Assembly: GCF_002854065.1 (NCBI RefSeq)
Contig: NZ_CP024147.1
Reading direction: 5' to 3' (one strand)
DNA from: Escherichia coli
GTDB lineage: Bacteria; Pseudomonadota; Gammaproteobacteria; Enterobacterales; Enterobacteriaceae
DNA length: 64,000 bases
The position numbers and the translations under genes were made by a program. Each line of letters begins with the position of its first letter. Position 1 is the stretch's first letter. This document shows positions 20,849 through 33,454 of the stretch, in pieces. Below the pieces are notes generated by a model that saw only the letters and a program-made list of their open reading frames with translations, was not told the origin of the DNA and did not search any database.

Positions 20849-21271
20849 TGTGAATGCCCTATTTTTCCAATCATGACTGAGTCACTCCAGCCCGGAAGCT
20901 GATTCAACCATCCTAAATTATGGGCGATAAGATCGGAATAAGTGATGGTAACTGGCATGGGATTGGGGAAGTAACTACGCCAGGAGTGTGATGCGAAACT
21001 GTAGAGCTGAGCACTCAAATACTTAATATCTTTGAAGGTCGAGTCTTTATGAACGTTGACGATCACACCACGTGGATGACCGTCCGTTTCTTGTCGTAAT
21101 TCACGTTGGCCGATCAGGTAAACAAGCATTTCGTTTTTAGAAAGCTTAAACGTATTTCCGCGATGTGTCGCCAGGCGTCCTAGACTGGCCCCCTGAATCT
21201 CCAGACAACCAATATCACTTAAATAAGTGATAGTCTTAATACTAGTTTTTAGACTAGTCATTGGAGAACAG

Positions 21272-21637
21272 ATGATTGATGTCTTAGGGCCGGAGAAACG
21301 CAGACGGCGTACCACACAGGAAAAGATCGCAATTGTTCAGCAGAGCTTTGAACCGGGGATGACGGTCTCCCTCGTTGCCCGGCAACATGGTGTAGCAGCC
21401 AGCCAGTTATTTCTCTGGCGTAAGCAATACCAGGAAGGAAGTCTTACTGCTGTCGCCGCCGGAGAACAGGTTGTTCCTGCCTCTGAACTTGCTGCCGCCA
21501 TGAAGCAGATTAAAGAACTCCAGCGCCTGCTCGGCAAGAAAACGATGGAAAATGAACTCCTCAAAGAAGCCGTTGAATATGGACGGGCAAAAAAGTGGAT
21601 AGCGCACGCGCCCTTATTGCCCGGGGATGGGGAGTAA
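21272..21637 (+). CDS. insC: IS2 transposase OrfA (InsC)
   Basis: [33 protein letters not shown]... matches IS2 InsC. Confidence 0.9.
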
Positions 21638-22500
21638 GCTTAGTCAGCCGTTGTCTCCGGGTGTCGCGTGCGCAGTTGCACGTCATTCTCAGACGAACCG
21701 ATGACTGGATGGATGGCCGCCGCAGTCGTCACACTGATGATACGGATGTGCTTCTCCGTATACACCATGTTATCGGAGAGCTGCCCACGTATGGTTATCG
21801 TCGGGTATGGGCGCTGCTTCGCAGACAGGCAGAACTTGATGGTATGCCTGCGATCAATGCCAAACGTGTTTACCGGATCATGCGCCAGAATGCGCTGTTG
21901 CTTGAGCGAAAACCTGCTGTACCGCCATCGAAACGGGCACATACAGGCAGAGTGGCCGTGAAAGAAAGCAATCAGCGATGGTGCTCTGACGGGTTCGAGT
22001 TCTGCTGTGATAACGGAGAGAGACTGCGTGTCACGTTCGCGCTGGACTGCTGTGATCGTGAGGCACTGCACTGGGCGGTCACTACCGGCGGCTTCAACAG
22101 TGAAACAGTACAGGACGTCATGCTGGGAGCGGTGGAACGCCGCTTCGGCAACGATCTTCCGTCGTCTCCAGTGGAGTGGCTGACGGATAATGGTTCATGC
22201 TACCGGGCTAATGAAACACGCCAGTTCGCCCGGATGTTGGGACTTGAACCGAAGAACACGGCGGTGCGGAGTCCGGAGAGTAACGGAATAGCAGAGAGCT
22301 TCGTGAAAACGATAAAGCGTGACTACATCAGTATCATGCCCAAACCAGACGGGTTAACGGCAGCAAAGAACCTTGCAGAGGCGTTCGAGCATTATAACGA
22401 ATGGCATCCGCATAGTGCGCTGGGTTATCGCTCGCCACGGGAATATCTGCGGCAGCGGGCTTGTAATGGGTTAAGTGATAACAGATGTCTGGAAATATAG
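21595..22500 (+). CDS. insD: IS2 transposase OrfB (InsD, DDE integrase domain)
   Basis: 301 aa ORF overlapping insC in the -1 frame; DDE transposase. Confidence 0.9.
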
Positions 22501-24987
22501 GGGCAAATCCACGTCCTTTCGACATAGTCGCCGTTGAAGAGTCGAACATGTGGAGTCCGTGATTCTCTGAGATTTTTACGAAGGCATACTCGATCTGATA
22601 ATCTCTATACTTGTCGATTACCGCACGGACTGCCTGAATCTCTTCCTTATTGAACTTTTTGACTTGTACATGGAAAATTAAGCGAATCGTATCGCCTTTC
22701 TGCCAGTTCATTCGCCTTTGTATTTTTTCTATATTCTCGGCCAGAACAGAGGTTAGAGCGTCGCAGTAAGCTTCCGGTACAACGGCTTTGGACGTACTCG
22801 AGACAATGTAACTACCGTCTCCCGAAAATACGGTGGTGATTCCCATAATGCGCTGATTATGGGCACCACGCTCTTGGACTATATTTGCACTGCCAATACC
22901 GATCACGAGTTCATGGGATAGTGTTGGCGATGATTTGAGTAGCCACGGGACTCCACCCATCTTCGCATAGCAGGCCAGTGACATGTTATTAAGCGAGTAG
23001 CCGAGTGAATAATCAGACTGCGTTAGCAGCTCTATTGTGAAATCCTGTACAGGAACTTGGTGCAAGTAAAATAGGCTTTTACCAAGATAGTAAGGATTAT
23101 CAGCAACTTTGAGTTTTTTAAATGACTGCCGCACCTGTACGAGGGCCAGATCCCAACGTCCTCCTTCATCAGCTTTTTTGCGTATTGCAGCTTCGATGGC
23201 ATTTTTGTATGCATCGACGCTGTCTGTGGATGTTTCGAACACTTCAACACGACTGGTTCCAAGTGCAAATTTACCCTCAAGGCCATTTCTGAAATATTTG
23301 CTATTAGCAATGCCTTTCAGAAGCTTACGGACGAACTGCTCGACTCGCCCTTTGTCATGTTGGGCGCAGATCACGCAGATTGATGGATCGTTCCTATCGA
23401 AGGTACGCTTTGTATAGGGGCCATTTTGTGTAAGACCCTTCTCAGTCCAATCTGCTTCACCGTTATCGTTGAAGACGAACACCGGCTTTTGCATCTGTGC
23501 ACAATCTTTTTGAATATCGGATGGATCCTCAATTTCGATACGCGTTCCATCGAGCAGCGAGATGTTTGTCGCTTGGATATACTTCTTAAGGGCGTCGATG
23601 CGGTCTTTTTTATTCTCGCCTCCGTTGAAAATGGAAACGGACTGCCGAATATGTTCGACAATGGAGTCTTTCTTCGTACCATGCGTATGAAGGATGTAGT
23701 CGTCAAAATTAGCTCGACTAGCTTCGAGATAAACGTCTTTAGCCTCAGCATGAACTGCTTGGCCGTCGGGACGAATGACACTCAGAGTTCTCCCTTCGTG
23801 GCAGCTTTCTACAAACCCTAAAAGTTTTCTAAATCCGTCGTCCTGCTCGGTGACGACGTAGCGACCAATAACATTGAATCCGGTTTTTAGGAAAAACAGG
23901 CAGTTCTCTTTTACTACACGACGTGTTGAGCAATCAATTATAAGACACGGCTGACCTTGGACAGTACGAGTGTCGATTGAATACTTGGCACAAATTTTTA
24001 AGGGATAAGCCTCACCAAGAATTGAGGCTAAAAGATTGTCTTTTGGTTTGGCACTTACCACCTCGATAGGATTGAAGCCGCAAGGAGTTCGACCCAATCC
24101 AGCGAAGTGCTTGAGCAGACCATCTTTAACCAGAGAGCAAAAGGTTCCCAAATTATCCTTTAGTTGCAGTGTCTGCGGTGTACCAGGTTTGGGGAACGTA
24201 CCATCACTCGAAAAAATCTGAATATTGTCACCCTGACGCCGGAAGACGTGCGTCACTTTATGGGAGGAGCGGAGGCTATCTAGAGTCGTCTTGTCGTAGG
24301 GGATCTGGACAAATTTCAACTCCAATTCAGGGATTTTCAGTGGAAACGCATTCAGGACAATCGGCAAGACCCACCCCTTTTGTGTTAGTGAAAAATCCAA
24401 CATACTGCGTCTCGATAATTATTCCCAGTCAGGGATGTGCTGGCACCTGACTGGCGCTCGCTGTGGGTTCCCTCCATCCGACTCTGGAAATAACTGTTTC
24501 AACAATTAATTTTCCTACACTGTAGCGTAAATTTTCTTAAGGCTCCCAAAGCGATTATTTAACTCTTTAAACTAATCTAATGTAAAGACTAGGGAAATGA
24601 TACGAGTGTAGTCTATGTCTTCGCTGTGATGAGGATCTATTCTTCGGTGTACATAGGGGTACTTAAGTTCCGATATAACACTCAACCAGCCTAAATTACA
24701 TCTGCAGGATCTCATGATTAAAATGATCTATGTGGTAGGTCATTAAATGGAGTAACCGGTCTCTCATAGGCAGGCGTAAGCCACCCCTGAGGGGCAGACA
24801 GATGCCATGCAGTTGAATGGTTTAAAGGGTTTGAGAGGGTGATAGTGCTGCGGTTGTCACACTATAGAGTTCTGGCGTAAAAACAGTCAGGCATCTCGGC
24901 ATTTATCAACTCGTCCAACGCTCCTCTGAAATTTGCGGGATCGGTTTAGTTTCAGGTGGGGGCGCTGAGGCCCCCGATTTATCGTAC

Positions 24988-25380
24988 TCAGGATTGTGCG
25001 GTGTAATAGACCAAAGCCAGCTTGTTGCCATCGGGGTCTCTAACATAAGCGCTGTAGAAACCTTCGCCGTAATGCGGGCGCAGGCCAGGTGCTCCCTCGT
25101 CCGTGCCTCCTTGGTTTAAAGCGAGCGCGTGAAGCTGCTGGATATGTTCGGCAGTGCGGGCAATCAGGGCGACCATCACACCATTTCCGGTTGTGGCATC
25201 CTGTTTATCAAAAGGTATGCCGATACCCAGTGCCGTCGTGTTATTACCGTTGAAAACGCCCAGCTACGCGACGTCCTCATTCCTGCCACAATGGGTATAG
25301 CTCTGCATCTCCATGAACGGATAGTCGAATGTGAGGGCATGTGGCTGGTAGTTTGTTTTAAGCATAATGTAAGAAAACAT
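24988..25380 (-). pseudogene. VOC (glyoxalase/bleomycin-resistance) family gene remnant
   Basis: Paralogous to the intact VOC gene at 28022-28414 (same MFSY start, HIQQLHALAL and YVRDPDGNKLA motifs) but interrupted in frame. Confidence 0.5.
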
Positions 25381-25427
25381 GGGCTCTCCTTAATGGATTC
25401 AGGGGGAGTGACTATAATCAGCTCAAA

Positions 25428-25679
25428 TCACTCGTCCGCTTTATGAGCCCAGGCGGGCATTGCCGTCAGATAACGTTTTGCCCGCTTCAATGCTTCTTCC
25501 GGGCCGACTTTTTGCCAGGAATCAAGGAAGCTGGCTAAACCTGATACCGCTTCTTCCCAGGGTTTGAGATTGCCGTTGCTGTCGCTGCAGTACGCACAAT
25601 AGTGATCGCTTGCACTGTGTGCATCGGGTGCCGACATCGGCATTCCGCAAGCCTGACAGAACTGTTCATGTTGTGACAT
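25428..25679 (-). CDS. Small zinc-ribbon protein
   Basis: 83 aa with two CxxC pairs (CQAC...CAYC). Confidence 0.45.
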   Translation of the reverse strand: MSQHEQFCQACGMPMSAPDAHSASDHYCAYCSDSNGNLKPWEEAVSGLASFLDSWQKVGPEEALKRAKRYLTAMPAWAHKADE

Positions 25680-25806
25680 AAGATGCTCCTTATGGCGACG
25701 TGCTGATTAATAAACATACTGAATATGCATTGTGCAGGTGATGCATCAGATCAAAGCAAAGGCGAAGCTCCCGGTATCTCCAGTCAAAAATACCGGGAAG
25801 CTATTG

Positions 25807-27079
<1,273 letters not shown>

Positions 27080-27400
27080 TCATCATGTGCAAAACGTGCA
27101 AACACACAGCGGTGTCCGCATTCGATTTCGGCGCATTGATAATCAGTCCGGCCTGAAAAGGTCGGTAAGCTGATTATCGGATGATTACATTCTCCAGCAT
27201 CAAAGCCTCGGGTTGAGTTGAAAGGTATTTACGGAGCGAATAGTAACACGTAGTTTTAGGAGGGATATGTTTCAGTAGAAAAAGTGTGATGTACTTTGGA
27301 AATTGAATGCCAACCCATATACTGGGAAAGGCAGATGACACTGACGAATGCATGTTGAAGTACGTCAGAAATGGCCTCATCGGCTTTTCCCCTCCGGACG

Positions 27401-27907
27401 TTATTCTCCTTTTGTTAAATCCAGAACATAAATATGCTCACCCTCTTCGATGCCTGAAAAATGAAAGCCAGTCCTGATAAGTAATTTTATTGAAGAGGTA
27501 TTCTCCGGATCCACACCGGCTTTGATGAGTGAAAAACCGTTCTCCTTTATCCAGCCGATGGTGGCGGTAATGGCTTCAAATGCATATCCCTGGCGAGCAT
27601 GAGCGGGGCTGATGGTATAACCGAGCCAAAATACATCGCATTGCTGACGTAAATAGATATCACCAATCAAAACCTGCGTCAGCTTGTTGACGATGGCCAA
27701 TTGAATTCCCTGAGTAAGCGTAAGAACGCCCAGCAATGCTGATTCATAGTCCTCTTTTGTTAGACCCTTAAACCCCTGATATTTCATCCACTCCGCATCA
27801 TTGCGATACACCATAAAACTATCGATTTCGTGTGGCTGAAATGGCCGAATAATGCACCCTGGCGAAATTATTTGCATAAGACTTCCTTTTAAATGATTCA
27901 TCTGCAC
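27401..27907 (-). CDS. GNAT-family N-acetyltransferase
   Basis: Acetyl-CoA binding motif region (RQGYAFEAITATIGWIKENGF). Confidence 0.65.
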   Translation of the reverse strand: MQMNHLKGSLMQIISPGCIIRPFQPHEIDSFMVYRNDAEWMKYQGFKGLTKEDYESALLGVLTLTQGIQLAIVNKLTQVLIGDIYLRQQCDVFWLGYTISPAHARQGYAFEAITATIGWIKENGFSLIKAGVDPENTSSIKLLIRTGFHFSGIEEGEHIYVLDLTKGE

Positions 27908-28021
27908 CAGTCTCTGCGACCAAAAGAGTTACCGCCTGATGCTATGCCCGACAGCCGCTCCCTGACTATGTCCGGTGCGTCGCCGCTTTCATACACAACA
28001 CGAAAACTGTCAGTTTAATGT

Positions 28022-28414
28022 TCAACCCTCATCGGCATAGAACACAAAAGCCAGCTTATTCCCGTCCGGATCGCGTACATAAGCACTATGGAATCCCTGT
28101 CCGTATTGCGGCCTGTGCCCCGGCGCACCTTCATCCGCGCCTCCCAGACTAAGGGCAAGCGCATGCAACTGCTGGATGTGTTCAAACGAGCGGGCGTTCA
28201 GCGCCACCATCGTGCCATTACCAGCCCCGGCGGGTTGCATGTCAAAGGGCCTGCCGACGCACAATCCGATGGTATGGTTATCGCTGAACGTCCCCCAGGA
28301 TGCGCCTTCTTCATTTCGGCCTGCCTTTGGATACCCAAGCAATTCCATCAACGGATCGTAGAATCGGATGGCTCGTGGCAGATCGTTAGTACCCAGCATC
28401 ACGTAAGAAAACAT
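28022..28414 (-). CDS. VOC (glyoxalase/bleomycin-resistance/dioxygenase) family protein
   Basis: 130 aa, single VOC domain. Confidence 0.7.
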   Translation of the reverse strand: MFSYVMLGTNDLPRAIRFYDPLMELLGYPKAGRNEEGASWGTFSDNHTIGLCVGRPFDMQPAGAGNGTMVALNARSFEHIQQLHALALSLGGADEGAPGHRPQYGQGFHSAYVRDPDGNKLAFVFYADEG

Positions 28415-28423
28415 AAACCCTCC

Positions 28424-29695
28424 TTACTCACTTTTGTATTTTTGTTGCAGACAGCCTGCCGGTGATACTGACAGGCTCTGATGCTGCCCACGCAGTTTAA
28501 GCAGGCGGGCAACTGATATGATGACGGCTATACCGGCCAGCAGAGCCGCGCCGTGGAAAGCAATCCTGCCGCCGGCATGTAAGTAAACCCAGCGGGTTAT
28601 TTCAATGCTAAGGGCAATTATGCCAAGCGCCAGAATATTCAGCGTGGCAGAAACGGTGCCTTTTGGCAGGTTATGAGAAAAGAGCGTGAAGCGAAACAGC
28701 ACCGGATAGAGCAGTCCAATACCCAGGGCATAAAAGCTCGTTCCCAGTACTGACCATAGCCAGACGTGTGGCCATAGCAGATTGCCGACCAGCAAAGTCA
28801 GCAAGCCAGCAAGCTGTATCGGGACAGTCCCCCAGATAAAACGCGGTGAAGTCGGGTCTTTGATAAAATTCGCTACGATCGCACTGGCGATAATGATCCC
28901 ACTAAACACGGGCACCTGTGTCCAGGCATAGGTTCCGGGAGACATACCCCCGTGCTCAATCAGGATCACGGGTGAGAGCGCCACCCAGGTGATGATGGGC
29001 AGGTTGCCAAAAGCAACTGCCAGTGAGCCGGTCAGCACCACTGGATGGCGAAATGCCGCGATGAAATCTGACAGCACTTCACCCGGTTTGAATTCTCTTC
29101 CCTGAGATATAACTGTTTCCGGCATTTTGAGCAGTAGTAAAAACCATGCTACCAGACCAAACACACCGATGATGGCAAAGAGCAGTTTCCAGTGAATGAA
29201 CGCCATCAGCGCAGCGCCGGCCACAGGCCCGATAACTGGGGCGAGCAGAACAATAGAGGTCAGCGTAGCCATGATTCTGATGGAATCCATTTCACCAAAC
29301 GCCTCCTGAATTGAGACGTAACCAACGGTTGAGATAAAACAGATGCTGGTGCCCTGAATGAAGCGGGCGACGAAGTATTGTTCGATCGAGGTGACAAACA
29401 GCATGCTTAGACTGGCAAGGGCAAAGATCATTGCACCAGTGAGCAGGACAGGGCGGCGGCCAATCCGGTCGGAGAGTGGCCCCAGGAGCCACTGTAGCGC
29501 CAGTCCGCCTGCCATATACAAACTGACTGATGCTGGAGCCAGCGTCACATCCGCCTGTAGCTCATTTATAATGCTAATGACGCCCGGCTGAATAAGGTCC
29601 GTTGTCAGGTAGGCTGAAAAATCGTAGATGATCATCGCCAGTGGAAATAATAGAACGCCGCCATACCTGCTAAGGCGTCCCGAAAATGGCTTCAT
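28424..29695 (-). CDS. MFS multidrug efflux transporter, MdfA/Cmr-like
   Basis: Collinear similarity to E. coli MdfA (LLFPL...[24 protein letters not shown]-like motifs). Confidence 0.8.
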   Translation of the reverse strand: MKPFSGRLSRYGGVLLFPLAMIIYDFSAYLTTDLIQPGVISIINELQADVTLAPASVSLYMAGGLALQWLLGPLSDRIGRRPVLLTGAMIFALASLSMLFVTSIEQYFVARFIQGTSICFISTVGYVSIQEAFGEMDSIRIMATLTSIVLLAPVIGPVAGAALMAFIHWKLLFAIIGVFGLVAWFLLLLKMPETVISQGREFKPGEVLSDFIAAFRHPVVLTGSLAVAFGNLPIITWVALSPVILIEHGGMSPGTYAWTQVPVFSGIIIASAIVANFIKDPTSPRFIWGTVPIQLAGLLTLLVGNLLWPHVWLWSVLGTSFYALGIGLLYPVLFRFTLFSHNLPKGTVSATLNILALGIIALSIEITRWVYLHAGGRIAFHGAALLAGIAVIISVARLLKLRGQHQSLSVSPAGCLQQKYKSE

Positions 29696-29733
29696 AAACG
29701 GGTTCTCCGTTTTTTATCATTGAATGGTTTTAA

Positions 29734-30309
29734 TCAACTCAGATCGTGCAGTTCTTTATCCATTGCAGGAGTCAGTCTGAGATCAAGAAATTCTACCTCC
29801 AACCCCTTGCGCTGAGGTGTACAACACATGATGCCCGTTTTTACAGGGCCCGTAGGGAAATGGCATAAGCGAAGTAATGGCCAGTGCTGTCCATCTGAGG
29901 AGTACTGCAGTCGTAACGCATCTTTTTTACGGGTCAGACGCAGCCAGAATTCCTTCGGATCCCCAGGAAAGAGTCCTGTAGCCCAGTCGGAATATCCCTG
30001 CGTGAGTACACTCCCGATTGCAGGTGTGCCATCGTTGAATTCGATGCCAGCTTTGAGCCAGTGCTGTTCGTCAGAGAGAATCATAATTCCGGCCTGGTCA
30101 TAGAGTGTGGTGAAGTTTGCGCGGATCCTGACCTGAAAAGTAAAATCACCTGTTACATCAGTAGCGTAGATGTGGCCGGTAAAACGCTCAAACCCGTACC
30201 AGGTACGGCACCAGAAATCAGTATGCTCATCTGTGATTACCGACAGGGCGTTATTTTCGTAGCACCATACGGCGGGCTCATTGATCCATTCAAACCTGCA
30301 ACTCATCAT
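29734..30309 (-). CDS. DUF1349-like protein (concanavalin-like fold, function unknown)
   Basis: 191 aa; family call from remembered similarity only. Confidence 0.4.
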   Translation of the reverse strand: MMSCRFEWINEPAVWCYENNALSVITDEHTDFWCRTWYGFERFTGHIYATDVTGDFTFQVRIRANFTTLYDQAGIMILSDEQHWLKAGIEFNDGTPAIGSVLTQGYSDWATGLFPGDPKEFWLRLTRKKDALRLQYSSDGQHWPLLRLCHFPTGPVKTGIMCCTPQRKGLEVEFLDLRLTPAMDKELHDLS

Positions 30310-30346
30310 TGTTCTCCTGTCATGCGGAACGCAGCATAACGATAGT

Positions 30347-31165
30347 TTAAAATGTCAGTTCCATTTCAAACTGGCATAACGGTTCAGCCTGATAACCCGC
30401 CGCAGTAAATAATGGTGCCAGCGTTTCTGGGATCGCGGCTGATGTACCTATGCCAGGCCATCTGGCATTGATTTTCTTAAGCATTGTTTTAGCCCGTCCC
30501 TGGTAACGATACGCCGGTTCCACAAACAAACAGCGGAGCTGAGGTTGTCCCATGAACTCGGCGACAGCACACCATGCATGTTCGTTATCCCTGAGGATGT
30601 CACAGGGAATAGACAAGAGCTGCAGGGGACTGGCCAGCCAGGGAAGATCATCATCTGGTGCAGACCAGACGGTACGCAGGAAGTCATCAACAGACTTGGA
30701 TTCCATAGCCCCTGAAGATATTTCCAGATGAGACTGTGGATCTCCCCGGTATTTGCACAGATGTCGGCGAACCTGAAAACCGAGCGCGTGATAGAGAGCG
30801 ATGGCCCGGGTATTTTCGCGCATCACTTCCAGCCTCACGCTGGAAAACTTTTTCTCTTTTAAGGAGGTAAACAGAGGAGTAAGCATCTGTTTTGCCAGTC
30901 CCTGGCTCCGGTACTCGGGTAACACACCAAATGCGGCCAGACGCGCTTTGTCCATTCTGCGGGTTACGATGGCTATTGCCGCCGGGTTATCATTGACCAG
31001 CCAGACAAACGAGTCTTCAAGACTGAGTCCTTCGGAAATGAAACGTAAGGCAAACATTTCCGGTGGCAACGCAAACGGTGTCATTGATTCATTAAAGCTG
31101 TCTGCAAGAATACGGCACAGCTCAGTAATGCTGCATTCAAGGGCTGATACCGGAATAACGTTCAT
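30347..31165 (-). CDS. GNAT-family acetyltransferase (possibly tandem GNAT domains)
   Basis: 272 aa; motif RLEVMRENTRAIALYHALGFQ. Confidence 0.6.
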   Translation of the reverse strand: MNVIPVSALECSITELCRILADSFNESMTPFALPPEMFALRFISEGLSLEDSFVWLVNDNPAAIAIVTRRMDKARLAAFGVLPEYRSQGLAKQMLTPLFTSLKEKKFSSVRLEVMRENTRAIALYHALGFQVRRHLCKYRGDPQSHLEISSGAMESKSVDDFLRTVWSAPDDDLPWLASPLQLLSIPCDILRDNEHAWCAVAEFMGQPQLRCLFVEPAYRYQGRAKTMLKKINARWPGIGTSAAIPETLAPLFTAAGYQAEPLCQFEMELTF

Positions 31166-31225
31166 AGATAAAGCTCTCCATTGCGGTTACCGGGAGCTAC
31201 AGGGGAAAATATGCTCCCTGTTTTC

Positions 31226-31660
31226 TCAGACAGTGAAGCTGATTTCTACAGAGCGGGCACTGCGATCACCCTCACCATGGTAAACAGCTTCGATGTTGTT
31301 ACCGTCCGGATCCAGAACAAAAGCGGCATAGTATCCGGGATGATAGGTTCGTTCGGCAGGTGCGCCGTTATCACGTCCGCCATGATTTAGTGCTGCGTGG
31401 TAAAACGCGTTCACCGATTCACGGTCTGCGGCCTGAAAGGCCAGATGGTGCCGTCCTGTAGGCACTCCGCCAGACTCCGAACTTTTTACTGACGAAATGA
31501 CCAGTTCGTCAGCCCAGATATAATCGTCATCGGTAATAACCATGGGGATCTTAAGTTCCGCCAGAACAGCAGTGTAAAACGCTTTGCTTGCGGCAAAGTC
31601 GTTTACCACGAGCTGGATATGGTCGATAAGTCTGCCACGATGCAGCGTATAGTTATCCAT
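31226..31660 (-). CDS. VOC (glyoxalase) family protein
   Basis: 144 aa, VOC fold motifs (HIQLVVND, VLDPDGNNIE). Confidence 0.7.
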   Translation of the reverse strand: MDNYTLHRGRLIDHIQLVVNDFAASKAFYTAVLAELKIPMVITDDDYIWADELVISSVKSSESGGVPTGRHHLAFQAADRESVNAFYHAALNHGGRDNGAPAERTYHPGYYAAFVLDPDGNNIEAVYHGEGDRSARSVEISFTV

Positions 31661-32629
31661 GGTTCATTTCCTTATTCAGATTCTGTCAGTCAGATCTTTA
31701 CCTGTGAAACTCAACAGAGGCACAACTCTACGTAATGATTGTGTTGTTGGAAAAAAATACATTAAGTTTTGTGCTCTGAACCCGACAGATATCAGAAAAT
31801 CATTCCAGATTTGGTCTTTGTACAGGAACTGCTATTCCGTTATTCGCTTATGACCAGGCTCTCAATTGCCAGTTGTAATATAACGAGCAGGGATGAGATA
31901 AGAGCAAGCCATTTTAAGGGGCGTAGTTTACGTTCAGGTATAGAGAGCGTGTAGAGTATGGCATGACGCTTCATTTTATTGAGTGGCATGCTGCCTCCTG
32001 AAAAAGAGCCGCCTGCACAGGCTGCTACACAATGAAAAAAGAATCATTCCACAAGCAAGGCACTTATGAGCAAGGTTAGTTGCCCTGGTGCTAACATAAC
32101 GGTTAAGGCGGTAAGAACAAGCCACTAGCGGCTAAACGTTTTCCTTCCGAGTTGACAGTTTCCTGCTTGAGAGCTGCTCGTTTGTTAGCCAGAACAGGTT
32201 AACGGATAAAATCAGTATATCCATAATAAATAAATAGTTGTTTAGCATTTATTTAAATAATGCCTTCCGAATAATACGCACTAAAATAATAAACAAGCTA
32301 GGACTATCCAGTACTGCTAATTGATAGGCGCTCATGAAAACTGGAGAGATAATTGCTTCTGATTAGCCATCAATGCAATTACATCCTGGTCTGGGGATTC
32401 CCGGGGGTTAAGTAGCGTGATTAACCATCATAAATATTGATTGAACTCATTTACCTAAAAAGCGCCATTTTGATAGGCTCGACTTAACTCGTTGACCATT
32501 TACAGGATTGTAACGTTGGAAATCTTTTTTTAACCCACTGAAAAGTATCTCTTAAATATTTTTCATACATAAAAATTCATGGTCCGTTCAGTACGGATCC
32601 GATTTTGTATGGGTTAAAAAAGGTACGTT

Positions 32630-33238
32630 ATGAAAGTTACATGGACCGTCACGCCTGTGGGGTATCAGCGCATCGCGAAACGATGCCCTTCATGCAACAT
32701 TAAACGGGACTTCACGCCGTCAGGTGCATTTCGGGTTAATTCACAAAAGAAGGTGCTGGACGTGTGGAGTATCTATAAATGCACACACTGTGATTACACC
32801 TGGAATATCTCCCTGTTTTCGCGTCTGCACGTCAGCAAAATTGACCGCCAGCTTTATCATCGACTAATGACAAACGATGCCGCCACGGTGCAGCACTTTG
32901 CATGTGATATCGCGATGCTGAAGCGGAACAATGCAGAGCTATCGGGTCGGCCTGATTTTCACGTTCAGGAGCGCTGGCCGGTAAGCATCACCGCCCACCA
33001 GCGGGTTCGCGTTAGTGTCAGGATCTCCCGTTCATTTCAGGTAAGTCTGCTGTCGATTTTGAAGCAGCAGCTCATGCTGAGCGCTGGTGAGATTCAGAGA
33101 ATGGTGGAAGCAGGGCATATAAGTGGCGTTACACTGAAGTTGCTTAAATCGAGAAAGCTGAAGGCAGCGGAATATCACTTTCAGCTGACTGCGGAAATGT
33201 TATATGCCCGGCGCAGGATCGTTCTGACGCATCGTTAA
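32630..33238 (+). CDS. Hypothetical protein with N-terminal zinc ribbon
   Basis: 202 aa; CPSC...CTHC pairs; isolated gene after about 900 bp of AT-rich ORF-free DNA. Confidence 0.4.
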   Translation: MKVTWTVTPVGYQRIAKRCPSCNIKRDFTPSGAFRVNSQKKVLDVWSIYKCTHCDYTWNISLFSRLHVSKIDRQLYHRLMTNDAATVQHFACDIAMLKRNNAELSGRPDFHVQERWPVSITAHQRVRVSVRISRSFQVSLLSILKQQLMLSAGEIQRMVEAGHISGVTLKLLKSRKLKAAEYHFQLTAEMLYARRRIVLTHR

Positions 33239-33454
33239 AATATTAAGCTCCCCTGAGGTAATAAACGCCCGTGTGGCAGCGGTTCAACATAATGCCAGAT
33301 AGGCCAGGGATAGGGGAGCTTCAGTTTTTCGGCTTCTGAATTGAGAACTTTAGTGAATGGGGTGATAGAGGATATCGCTTGAATTGTGCCGAGTCTAATG
33401 GTGCTTTAAGGATTGGGATATCGGGAAAGGTGTAGCTTAATTGAATGGGTTGTA

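Larger units (their letters stand above)
21181..22511 (+). mobile_element. IS2 insertion sequence (1331 bp) with 5 bp target-site duplication CGTCC
   Basis: Terminal sequences TAGACTGGCCCCCTGAATCTCC... and ...GGAAATATAGGGGCAAATCCA; direct repeat CGTCC at 21176-21180 and 22512-22516. Confidence 0.9.
20836..24403 (-). pseudogene. Long, catalytically inactive prokaryotic Argonaute (pAgo), disrupted by IS2
   Basis: MID-like 5'-phosphate pocket residues (YYLGK...HQ...CYAKMGG) and PIWI entry motif with Asp replaced (ELVIGIGSAN); reading frame continues in phase across the IS2 insertion to a C-terminal PIWI motif (PVTITYSDLIAHNLG); about 743 aa when reconstructed. Confidence 0.6.

Noticed and set aside
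22334-22511. Argonaute-like C-terminal motif ([13 protein letters not shown]) at the end of the 689 aa minus-strand ORF
   Set aside because: This stretch is the antisense translation of the IS2 right end, not pAgo sequence; the genuine pAgo C-terminus resumes on the other side of IS2 at 21180.
24957-24975. GC-rich hairpin gggggcgctgaggccccc near the VOC pseudogene
   Set aside because: No adjacent U-run on either strand, so not a convincing intrinsic terminator.
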